From NCBI RefSeq assembly GCF_047159375.1, contig NZ_AP031381.1, forward strand, positions 30,001 through 62,000: a stretch of DNA of 32,000 nucleotides, read 5' to 3'. The position numbers and the translations under genes are program-made. Shown here in pieces: positions 19,402 to 27,420 of the stretch. Under the pieces are notes generated by a model. It did not search any database. It saw only the letters and a program-made list of their open reading frames with translations, and was not told the origin of the DNA. This DNA comes from Enterobacterales bacterium endosymbiont of Anomoneura mori (GTDB taxonomy: Bacteria; Pseudomonadota; Gammaproteobacteria; Enterobacterales; Enterobacteriaceae_A). Position 1 is the first letter of the stretch, and the number at the start of each line of letters is the position of its first letter.

Positions 19402-21078
19402 ATGAATATTAAAAAAAAAAAAAATAAAAAAAAAAAAATTATATTAGATGAATATAATTTAAATGATAAAGATGATGAAGAAATTAATAAAAATATAGAT
19501 AAAATTATAAATAATATTAAATTAGAAATATGTCAAAAAAATGATCCGGTAAGAATATATATGAGGGAAATTAATAATACAGAATTATTAACTCGTGAAG
19601 AAGAAATAGATATTTTAAGAAGAATAGAACAAGGTACTAATCAAATTTTGTGTTCTTTAATAAAATATCCTAAAATTATTAATTATATTTTTAATAAATA
19701 TAATAAAATTAAAAAAGGAAATTATCGTTTATCTGAATTTATTATTGGATTTATTGAAAAAAATGAAGTTACTGGTAAAAATGTATATGTTAGTTTTAAA
19801 CAGAGAAGACGAAAATATGAAAAATATATAATTAAAAATAAAAAAAACTTTGATTTAGATCAAGAAATTAATTTTAGTATATCAGATAAAATTTTTAATA
19901 ATTTAAGAATTAGTTATAAAAAAATATGTTATTATAATATAAAATTTGGTTATAATTCAATATATTATTTTAAAGAAATTAAAAATTTAATTCAATGTTT
20001 TAAAAAAATTAAATTTGTTCCAAAAGAAATAGATAATTTAATAAAAATTGTTAAATCTATAATTTTTTATATTAATAAAATTAAAAAAAGAAAAATAAAA
20101 ATTTATAAAAAAAAATTTAAAATGAAACCAAAAATTTTAAATTTTTTATTTTCAAATTCTAATATTAATATTAATTATTTAAAAAAAAAAAAAAAAAAAA
20201 TATTTTCTTTAATATTAAAAAATAATTATAAAAATATTAAAGAAATTATTAAAAAAGTAAAAAAAATTGAAAATGATATAGGTATAAATATAAAATTAAT
20301 TAAAAATATTAATTTTCAAATATTTTTAGGTAAAAATAAAATAAATATTGCTAAACGAGAATTAATAAAATCAAATTTACGTTTAGTAATTTCTATAGCT
20401 AAAAAATATAGTTATAAAAATATGCAATTTATAGATTTAATACAAGAAGGGAATATAGGTTTAATAAAAGCAATAGAAAAATTCGAATATAGAAGAGGAT
20501 ATAAATTTTCAACATATGCAACTTGGTGGATTAGACAAACTATCACAAGATCTATTTCTGAAAAAGCTAGAACTATAAGAATTCCTACACATATGATTGA
20601 AATAATTAATAAAATTAATAAAATTAAAAAAAAAATTATTAATAAAACAGGTGTTAAACCAACTTCTAAAGAATTATCTTTACATATGTCAATTTCAGAA
20701 AATAAAATTTATAATATTTTAAAAATTACTAAAGAACCTATATCTTTAGAAACTCCTATAAATGATGAAAATGAAACAAATTTAGGTGATTTAATTAAAG
20801 ATACATCAATTGAAACTCCATTAAAAAATGCTATTTATAAAAATTTAGAATTAACTACAAATAAACTTTTATCTGATCTTACTCCACGTGAATCTAAAGT
20901 TATAAGAATGAGATTTGGAATTAATATGAAATCTGATTATACTCTTGAAGAAATTGGTAAAAAATTTAATGTTACTCGTGAACGTATTAGACAAATTGAA
21001 GCAAAAGCACTTAAAAAATTAAGACATCATAATCGTTCAAAAATTTTAATAAATTTTTTAGAAAATAATTTTATATAA
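19402..21078 (+). CDS. rpoD: RNA polymerase primary sigma factor (sigma70 family)
   Basis: 558 aa. Region 1.2 ([10 protein letters not shown]), region 2 ([50 protein letters not shown]), region 3 and region 4 ([30 protein letters not shown]) are near-identical to E. coli RpoD. The N-terminus and the non-conserved region are highly divergent. Confidence 0.97.
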   Translation: MNIKKKKNKKKKIILDEYNLNDKDDEEINKNIDKIINNIKLEICQKNDPVRIYMREINNTELLTREEEIDILRRIEQGTNQILCSLIKYPKIINYIFNKYNKIKKGNYRLSEFIIGFIEKNEVTGKNVYVSFKQRRRKYEKYIIKNKKNFDLDQEINFSISDKIFNNLRISYKKICYYNIKFGYNSIYYFKEIKNLIQCFKKIKFVPKEIDNLIKIVKSIIFYINKIKKRKIKIYKKKFKMKPKILNFLFSNSNININYLKKKKKKIFSLILKNNYKNIKEIIKKVKKIENDIGINIKLIKNINFQIFLGKNKINIAKRELIKSNLRLVISIAKKYSYKNMQFIDLIQEGNIGLIKAIEKFEYRRGYKFSTYATWWIRQTITRSISEKARTIRIPTHMIEIINKINKIKKKIINKTGVKPTSKELSLHMSISENKIYNILKITKEPISLETPINDENETNLGDLIKDTSIETPLKNAIYKNLELTTNKLLSDLTPRESKVIRMRFGINMKSDYTLEEIGKKFNVTRERIRQIEAKALKKLRHHNRSKILINFLENNFI

Positions 21079-21151
21079 TATTTTTTTTAAATATTAAATT
21101 TAAAAATTTTATTAAATTTATTTTTATAATATTTAAAAATATTTTAATAAA

Positions 21152-21388
21152 TTATTTTTTAAAAAATAAAAAATTTAACATTTTTTTTTCTATTTTATTA
21201 ATATGTTTACTATTTGACATATTTAAATTATTTTTATTAATATAAATTGTTTGAAATTTTATCCATTTTTTCCACGATTTTATTGATATATTATTTAATA
21301 TTTTTTTACCTATTTTTCCTGGATATATTTGAAAATTATAACCATTTTCAATTTTTTTAGAATAAAAACAAAAAATTTTTTTAATCAT
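21152..21388 (-). CDS. yggX: Fe(2+)-trafficking / oxidative-damage protection protein YggX
   Basis: 78 aa. IFC....E.G..FQ.YPG..GK.I.N.IS...W..W...QT..IN...LNM.......IEK.M.NFLF is colinear with E. coli YggX ([39 protein letters not shown]...). Confidence 0.85.
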   Translation of the reverse strand: MIKKIFCFYSKKIENGYNFQIYPGKIGKKILNNISIKSWKKWIKFQTIYINKNNLNMSNSKHINKIEKKMLNFLFFKK

Positions 21389-21490
21389 ATTATATTTTTT
21401 AAAATTATTAAATATTTAAAATATTAAAAAAAATAATTATAAAATTTAAAATTATTTTTAAAATTTAATATTTCAAAATAAATAAAATTT

Positions 21491-22180
21491 TTAATATTCA
21501 TTTTTATCAATTATTAAATTTATACCCATTGTAGTTGATAAATTTATTTTTTTAATATAAATTCCTTTTATTTCTTGAGGTTTTTCTTTTTTTATTTTAT
21601 TAATTAATGTTTCCAAATTTGCTATTAATTTATATGTATTAAAATTTATTTTTCCTATAGTCGCATGTATAATACCATTTTTATCATTTTTATAAATAAT
21701 TTGACCAAATTTAATATTTTTAATTGTTTTATATAAATTATTTGTAATAGTTCCAAATTTTAAACTTGGCATCAATCCTTTTGGTCCAATTTTTTTTGCT
21801 AATTTATTCACTAAAGGTAAAGCTTCTTTAGAAGAAATTAAAATTTTAAAATTTATTTTTTTTTTTTTAATTTTTTCATAAAGGTCTTTCATACCAATAT
21901 AATCAGCTTTTGCTTTTTTTGCATCATTTGCTTGTAAACCTTCAGCAAAAACAGCAACTTTAATATTTCTTCCAGTACCAAATGGTAATAAAACATTACC
22001 TAAAATATTTTGTTTTTTTTTTTTAGTATCTATTCCTAAATTAATTGAAACATCAAGATTTTCAATAAAATTAACAATACTAAATTTTTTTAAAATATTA
22101 ATTGCATCTTGTATTTTATAAGTTTTATAAAAATTTATATTTTTTTTTATAAATTTTATACGTTTACTTAAATTTGACAT
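21491..22180 (-). CDS. rplA: 50S ribosomal protein L1
   Basis: 229 aa. LSKR...I......Y.I..AI..LK, F.E..DV..NLGID, LP.GTGR..KVAVFA.G and G..IHA.IGK are colinear with E. coli L1. Confidence 0.96.
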   Translation of the reverse strand: MSNLSKRIKFIKKNINFYKTYKIQDAINILKKFSIVNFIENLDVSINLGIDTKKKKQNILGNVLLPFGTGRNIKVAVFAEGLQANDAKKAKADYIGMKDLYEKIKKKKINFKILISSKEALPLVNKLAKKIGPKGLMPSLKFGTITNNLYKTIKNIKFGQIIYKNDKNGIIHATIGKINFNTYKLIANLETLINKIKKEKPQEIKGIYIKKINLSTTMGINLIIDKNEY

Positions 22181-22181
22181 T

Positions 22182-22610
22182 TTATCCTTTTATAGTTAAT
22201 CCAATAGAAATAGCAGTTCCTTTGATAGAATTTATATTTGATTCTATATTTGAACCAGTCATATCTTTAGATTTAATTTTTGCTATATCTTTTAATTGTG
22301 AATAAGTAATATTTCCTACTATATTTTTATTAGGTTTATTTGAACCTATTTTTAATCCTATCTTTTTTTTAATTAAAAAAGAAGTTGGTGGAGTTTTAAT
22401 AATAAATGTAAAAGATTTATCTGAATATATAGTAATAATTACTGGTATAGGTATACCTTTTTCCATATTATTAGTTATATTATTAAATTTTTTACAAAAA
22501 TCCATAATATTTAATCCTTTTTGGCCTAATGCAGGTCCAATTGGAGGGCTAGGATTTGCCATTCCTGCTAATACTTGTAATTTTAAAAAAGATTTAATTT
22601 TTTTTGACAT
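22182..22610 (-). CDS. rplK: 50S ribosomal protein L11
   Basis: 142 aa. [34 protein letters not shown] is almost identical to E. coli L11. The gene lies 1 nt upstream of rplA. Confidence 0.97.
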   Translation of the reverse strand: MSKKIKSFLKLQVLAGMANPSPPIGPALGQKGLNIMDFCKKFNNITNNMEKGIPIPVIITIYSDKSFTFIIKTPPTSFLIKKKIGLKIGSNKPNKNIVGNITYSQLKDIAKIKSKDMTGSNIESNINSIKGTAISIGLTIKG

Positions 22611-22735
22611 TTTAATATACCTTATTTAAAAAATAATTAAATAATTTATAATATTTAATAAAAATATTTTTTTTATGTTTATATAATAAATATTTTACTT
22701 TTTTAAAATTTTAATTTATATTATTTTTTTAATAT

Positions 22736-23104
22736 TCAAAATTTAATTATTGAATTAATTAAATAATATATAATATTATCAAATAAATATAAAATAAATG
22801 AAAAAAAAATAATAAATATAGTAATAATTAAAGAGTTATATAATACTTCTAAAAATGTTGGAAAAAATATTTTTTTAATTTCAAAATATATTTCATTAAA
22901 TATCAATGATATACTTTTTTTATTTAATATTTTAATAGTTAAAATAACATTTATAATTACAATTGTTGAAAAAAATAAAATATTAAATAATTTATTATAT
23001 TTATTATAAATATATAAATTAATTAATAATATAATAAATATTGTTAAAAATAACTTAAAATTTAATTTATTTTTAATATTATAAAAATATTTATTTATTT
23101 TCAT
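22736..23104 (-). CDS. secE: Preprotein translocase subunit SecE (three-TM enterobacterial form)
   Basis: 122 aa with three hydrophobic segments. The C-terminal part IFNEIYFEIKKIFFPTFLEVLYNSLIITIFIIFFSFILYLFDNII aligns with E. coli [45 protein letters not shown]. Its position between the thrU-tyrU-glyT tRNAs and rplK matches E. coli. Confidence 0.82.
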   Translation of the reverse strand: MKINKYFYNIKNKLNFKLFLTIFIILLINLYIYNKYNKLFNILFFSTIVIINVILTIKILNKKSISLIFNEIYFEIKKIFFPTFLEVLYNSLIITIFIIFFSFILYLFDNIIYYLINSIIKF

Positions 23105-23294
23105 AAACCCTTACATATTTAAATAATTTATTAATATTAAATTTTTAAAAAATTATTATTTTTTTTTAAAAGGAAAAAAAAATGTTTTTAATTAAATTAA
23201 TTAAACTTTTATTTATTAGAAATAATTAAATAAAAATATTTTATGTTAATTATTAAAACAAATGTTTTGTTATTGAAGATTATTTATTTTAAAA

Positions 23295-23366
23295 AGCGGA
23301 TAATGGGAATTGAACCCATATCATTAACTTGGAAGGCTAATATAATAACCTTTATACTATATCCGC
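23295..23366 (-). tRNA. glyT: tRNA-Gly (anticodon UCC)
   Basis: The reverse complement gcggatatagtataaaggttattatattagccTTCCaagttaatgatatgggttcaattcccattatccgc has anticodon loop cuUCCaa. It has the same architecture as E. coli glyT and a U discriminator. No CCA is encoded. Confidence 0.92.
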
Positions 23367-23393
23367 ATATATATAAAATAATGTAATAGTAAA

Positions 23394-23475
23394 TGGTGGG
23401 AGAAGGATTCGAACCTTCGAAGTCTTTGACGGTAGATTTACAGTCTACTCCCTTTAACCTCTCGGGAATCCCACC
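23394..23475 (-). tRNA. tyrU: tRNA-Tyr (anticodon GUA), class II with a long variable arm
   Basis: The reverse complement ggtgggattcccgagaggttaaagggagtagactGTAaatctaccgtcaaagacttcgaaggttcgaatccttctcccacca is colinear with E. coli tRNA-Tyr (GGUGGGGUUCCCGAGCGGCCAAAGGGAGCAGACUGUAAAUCUGCCGUCAUCGACUUCGAAGGUUCGAAUCCUUCCCCCACCA). No CCA is encoded. Confidence 0.95.
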
Positions 23476-23487
23476 GAATTATAAATA

Positions 23488-23560
23488 TGCCGGCTACCGG
23501 AATTGAACTGGTGACATACTGATTACAAATCAGTTGCTCTACCTACTGAGCTAAGCCGGC
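23488..23560 (-). tRNA. thrU: tRNA-Thr (anticodon UGU)
   Basis: The reverse complement gccggcttagctcagtaggtagagcaactgattTGTaatcagtatgtcaccagttcaattccggtagccggca is colinear with E. coli thrU. No CCA is encoded. Confidence 0.95.
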
Positions 23561-23698
23561 ATATTTATATTTTTTTAAAAAAATATTTTTACAATTGTAA
23601 TATATTTTAAAAATAAAATCAATATTTAATATTTTAAAATTATATTAATTGAATTAATTTATTGAATATTTAATATTTAAATATTTTAAAGGAAAAAA

Positions 23699-26161
23699 TT
23701 GTTAAATAATAAAAAATATTTTATAAATATAGAAAAAGAACTTAAAAAATCATATCTTGAGTATGCTATGTCAGTAATTATTGGTAGAGCTTTACCAGAT
23801 GTTAGGGATGGTTTAAAACCAGTACATCGTAGAATTTTATATGCAATGTATAAAATGAATGAAAAATGGATTAAAACATATAAAAAATCTGCAAGAATTG
23901 TTGGTGATGTTATTGGTAAATACCATCCCCATGGGGATAAAGCTGTGTACGATACTATTGTTCGTATGGCTCAAACATTTTCTTTAAGATATACATTAAT
24001 AGATGGACAAGGTAATTTTGGTTCTATTGATGGTGATAATGCTGCCGCTATGAGATATACTGAAATACGTATGTCTAAAATTACTTTTGAATTATTATCT
24101 GATTTAGAAAAAAATACAGTAGAATTTGTTAATAATTATGATAATACTCATTTAATTCCAGTAGTTTTACCTACAAAATTACCAAATTTATTAATTAATG
24201 GGTCATCTGGAATTGCTGTTGGTATGGTAACTAATATTCCACCTCATAATTTATCTGAAGTGATTAATGCCTGTTTAGAATATATTAAGAACAAAAATAT
24301 TACTATAAAAAAATTAATGAAATATATTCCAGGACCTGATTTTCCTACATTTGGTATAATTTATGGTATTGATGAAATTAAAAAAGCTTATAAGACTGGT
24401 AAAGGAAAAATTATAATAAGAGCAAAAATAAAATTACAAAAAAATTTAAAAAATAAAGTCATAAAAATTATTATAAATGAATTACCTTATCAAGTAAATA
24501 AATTAATTTTAATTAAAAAAATTTCTAAATTAATTAAAAATAAAACTTTAAAAAATATTAAAAATTTAAATGATGAATCAGATAAAGATGGTATGAGAAT
24601 TGTTATAAAACTTAAAAAAAATGCTATATATAAAAAAATTATAAAAAAATTATATTTATTAACAAAATTAGAAACTTTTTTTAATATAAATATGGTTGCT
24701 TTATATAAAGGACAACCTAAATTATTAAATTTAAAAAATATTTTAGAAGCTTTTTTAAATCATCGTCGTGAAATTGTAACAAGAAGAACAATTTTTTTAT
24801 TAAATAAAATTAAAGAAAGAATACATATTTTAGAAGGTTTAATTATTGCATTAATAAATATCAAAAATATAATTAAAATATTAAAAAAAGTAAAAACATT
24901 AAAAGAAGCAGAAATTTTATTATCTTTAAATACATGGAAAATTGATAAATTTATTTATATTATTAAATATTCTAAAAAAAATTTAATTTATCCTAATTGG
25001 TTAAATAAAAAATATATTATTAATAAAAAAAAATATTTTTTTACAAAAAAACAAATAAAAGCTATTTTAGAATTACGTTTACATAAATTAATTAGAATGG
25101 AATATCATAATTTAATCAATGAATATAAAAATATAATAATAAAAAGTATTGATTTATTAATAATTTTAAAAAATTCTAAATATTTAACAAATATTATAAT
25201 TGAAGAATTAATATATTTAAAAAAAAAATTTGGTGATAATAGACGTACAATAATTAAATTTAACAATTATGATAAAAAAAACATATTTAATAAAAATATT
25301 ATATTTTCAATATCTTATAAAGGATATATAAAATTAAATAAAATTAATTTAAATATTAAAAAAATTAAAATTAATTATCATGATTTATTACGTTGTTTTA
25401 TATTAATAAATATTTATGAAAAAATTATATTATTTTCAAATTTAGGTTTTTATTATTTAATAGAAGTTGAAAAATTTAAAAAATATATTTTTAAACAAAA
25501 TAATAAAATAAATAATTTTATAATATTAAAAAAAAATGAATATATTCAAAAAATTTTATCATTTAATATTATTAAAAAATATAATTTTTTAATTATTTCA
25601 ACTATAAATGGTATAATTAAAAAAATTAATATAGAAGAATATTTAAAATTTAAATCTAAAATTAAAAAAATTATTGATTTAGATGAAAATGATAAATTAT
25701 TAAATATTAATTGTATTAAATCAAATGATTATATAATTTTATTTACTTTATATGGTCAAATTATATATTTAAATGAAAATAAAATAAAAAAAAAAAATTA
25801 TAATATAATAAATATTAAAAAAAAATTTTTAAATAAAAAAGATAAATTAATTTTTTTAATTATTAATAATGAAAAAAAAAGTAATTATTTAATTTTAACA
25901 GAAGATAATTATATTTATAAAAAAAATATAAATAATTTAAATAAAAATGAATTATTTTTTTTAAATAATAAAAAAAAAATAATTTCAATTATACATAATA
26001 TTAATAAAAATTATATTATTTTAATTACTAATAAAAATAATATATTTAAAATAAATATTAATAATAACATTTTTGAAAATAAAAATAAATTTTTAATAAT
26101 TAATAAAAAACAAAATGAAAAAATAATTTTTTTTGAAAATTATTCAAATATTAAAATTTAA
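23699..26161 (+). CDS. gyrA: DNA gyrase subunit A, with a conserved N-terminal breakage-reunion domain and a highly degenerate C-terminal domain
   Basis: 820 aa. [39 protein letters not shown], the [40 protein letters not shown] (active-site Tyr), [17 protein letters not shown] and [12 protein letters not shown] are present. The start is TTG (23699..23701), 5 nt after AAGGA. No ATG is compatible with the conserved N-terminus. Confidence 0.96.
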   Translation: MLNNKKYFINIEKELKKSYLEYAMSVIIGRALPDVRDGLKPVHRRILYAMYKMNEKWIKTYKKSARIVGDVIGKYHPHGDKAVYDTIVRMAQTFSLRYTLIDGQGNFGSIDGDNAAAMRYTEIRMSKITFELLSDLEKNTVEFVNNYDNTHLIPVVLPTKLPNLLINGSSGIAVGMVTNIPPHNLSEVINACLEYIKNKNITIKKLMKYIPGPDFPTFGIIYGIDEIKKAYKTGKGKIIIRAKIKLQKNLKNKVIKIIINELPYQVNKLILIKKISKLIKNKTLKNIKNLNDESDKDGMRIVIKLKKNAIYKKIIKKLYLLTKLETFFNINMVALYKGQPKLLNLKNILEAFLNHRREIVTRRTIFLLNKIKERIHILEGLIIALINIKNIIKILKKVKTLKEAEILLSLNTWKIDKFIYIIKYSKKNLIYPNWLNKKYIINKKKYFFTKKQIKAILELRLHKLIRMEYHNLINEYKNIIIKSIDLLIILKNSKYLTNIIIEELIYLKKKFGDNRRTIIKFNNYDKKNIFNKNIIFSISYKGYIKLNKINLNIKKIKINYHDLLRCFILINIYEKIILFSNLGFYYLIEVEKFKKYIFKQNNKINNFIILKKNEYIQKILSFNIIKKYNFLIISTINGIIKKINIEEYLKFKSKIKKIIDLDENDKLLNINCIKSNDYIILFTLYGQIIYLNENKIKKKNYNIINIKKKFLNKKDKLIFLIINNEKKSNYLILTEDNYIYKKNINNLNKNELFFLNNKKKIISIIHNINKNYIILITNKNNIFKININNNIFENKNKFLIINKKQNEKIIFFENYSNIKI

Positions 26162-26311
26162 ATTAATTATTATTTTTAAATAACAAATTAAAATATTTTT
26201 ATTATTTTAATTTTTTAAAAATTAAAATATTTTAAATAAATAATTTAAAAATTATATAAATATTTAATTAGTTAATATTTATAATAATTAATATAAATTC
26301 AAAATAATTTT

Positions 26312-26911
26312 ATGTTAAAGTATAAAAAAAATAATTTATTTAAAATTAAAAAAAAAAAAATTGGAAAAATTAAAATAATTGGAGGTAAATGGAAAAATCG
26401 TAAATTATTTATTACTAATAATTATATTTTACGACCATCTATAAGTTTAATTAAGAAAATTTTATTTAATTGGTTAAATCCTTATATACAAAATTCAAAA
26501 TGTATAGATTGTTTTGCAGGAAGTGGTTCATTAGGTTTAGAAGCATTATCTCGTAATGCTAAAAGTGTTTTTTTTTTAGAAAATAATATAAATATTTTTA
26601 AACAATTAAAAAAAAATTTAAATTTATTTAATTACTATAATAATGTAATTTATATTGATGTTTTTAAATGGTTAAATTTTAAAAAAATGAAATATTTTAA
26701 TATTATTTTTTTAGATCCACCTTTTGGTAAAAATTTAATAAATAAAATTATTTTTTTATTAGAAAAAAAAAAATATTTATCAAATAAAACATTAATTTAT
26801 ATAGAAACAGAAAAAAAAAATATAATTAATTTTCCAAATAATTGGTATATTAAAAAAAAAAAAACTGTTGGAAATATTTCAATTTATCTTTGTTTATATT
26901 TAAATATTTAA
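26312..26911 (+). CDS. rsmD: 16S rRNA (guanine966-N2)-methyltransferase RsmD
   Basis: 199 aa. IIGGKWKNRKL, RP....IKK.LFNWL, DCFAGSGSLGLEALSR.A and the LDPPF catalytic motif are colinear with E. coli RsmD (198 aa). Confidence 0.9.
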   Translation: MLKYKKNNLFKIKKKKIGKIKIIGGKWKNRKLFITNNYILRPSISLIKKILFNWLNPYIQNSKCIDCFAGSGSLGLEALSRNAKSVFFLENNINIFKQLKKNLNLFNYYNNVIYIDVFKWLNFKKMKYFNIIFLDPPFGKNLINKIIFLLEKKKYLSNKTLIYIETEKKNIINFPNNWYIKKKKTVGNISIYLCLYLNI

Positions 26912-26949
26912 TTTTTTTTAAATAATTTTATTTTTTAAAAAATTAAAAA

Positions 26950-27417
26950 ATGATAAATAATGATATTTATTGGATGGAAAAAGCATATAAAATTGCTTTA
27001 TATGCTTATTATAAAGGTGAATTTCCTGTTGGATCAATACTTATTTTAAAAAATAAAATTATTAGTATGTCATATAACAAAACTATTAAAAATAATGATC
27101 CTACAGCACATTCTGAAATTATTGTTTTAAGAAATAGTGGAAAGATTTTTAAAAATAATCATTTATTAAATACAACATTATATGTTACTTTAGAACCTTG
27201 TATAATGTGTACTGGTGCTATAATTAATAGTCATATAAAAAGATTAGTTTATGGAGCTTCTTGTAATAAAATAGGGGCAATAAATTTTTTATTAAATACT
27301 TTAGGTAATTTAGGAACTAATTATAAAATTAAAATTACTTCTGGAATTTTATTTAATAAATGTCAAAATATTTTAAAAATTTTTTTTAAAAAAAAAAGAA
27401 AATTTAATTTTTATTAA
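26950..27417 (+). CDS. tadA: tRNA-specific adenosine-34 deaminase TadA
   Basis: 155 aa. It has the CDA-fold zinc motifs DPTAHSEI (H.E) and LEPCIMCTGAI (PC..C), followed by RLVYGA. Confidence 0.92.
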   Translation: MINNDIYWMEKAYKIALYAYYKGEFPVGSILILKNKIISMSYNKTIKNNDPTAHSEIIVLRNSGKIFKNNHLLNTTLYVTLEPCIMCTGAIINSHIKRLVYGASCNKIGAINFLLNTLGNLGTNYKIKITSGILFNKCQNILKIFFKKKRKFNFY

Positions 27418-27420
27418 TAT

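Noticed and set aside
22611-22735. Possible L1-binding autoregulatory leader structure upstream of rplK, as in the E. coli L11 operon leader.
   Set aside because: The spacer is nearly pure A/T. I cannot identify the 23S-rRNA-mimic helix (which needs G:C-containing conserved nucleotides) by eye, so no claim can be supported without folding or covariation analysis.
23182-23229. A 15-codon mini-ORF (MFLIKLIKLLFIRNN) preceded by a good AAAGGAAAAAAAA SD-like motif, in the spacer where tufB and thrT would be.
   Set aside because: It is too short and compositionally trivial to support. The SD-like GGA could be a relic of the deleted tufB region. It is on the opposite strand to the surrounding transcription unit. 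It would be worth a look only if ribosome profiling shows occupancy.
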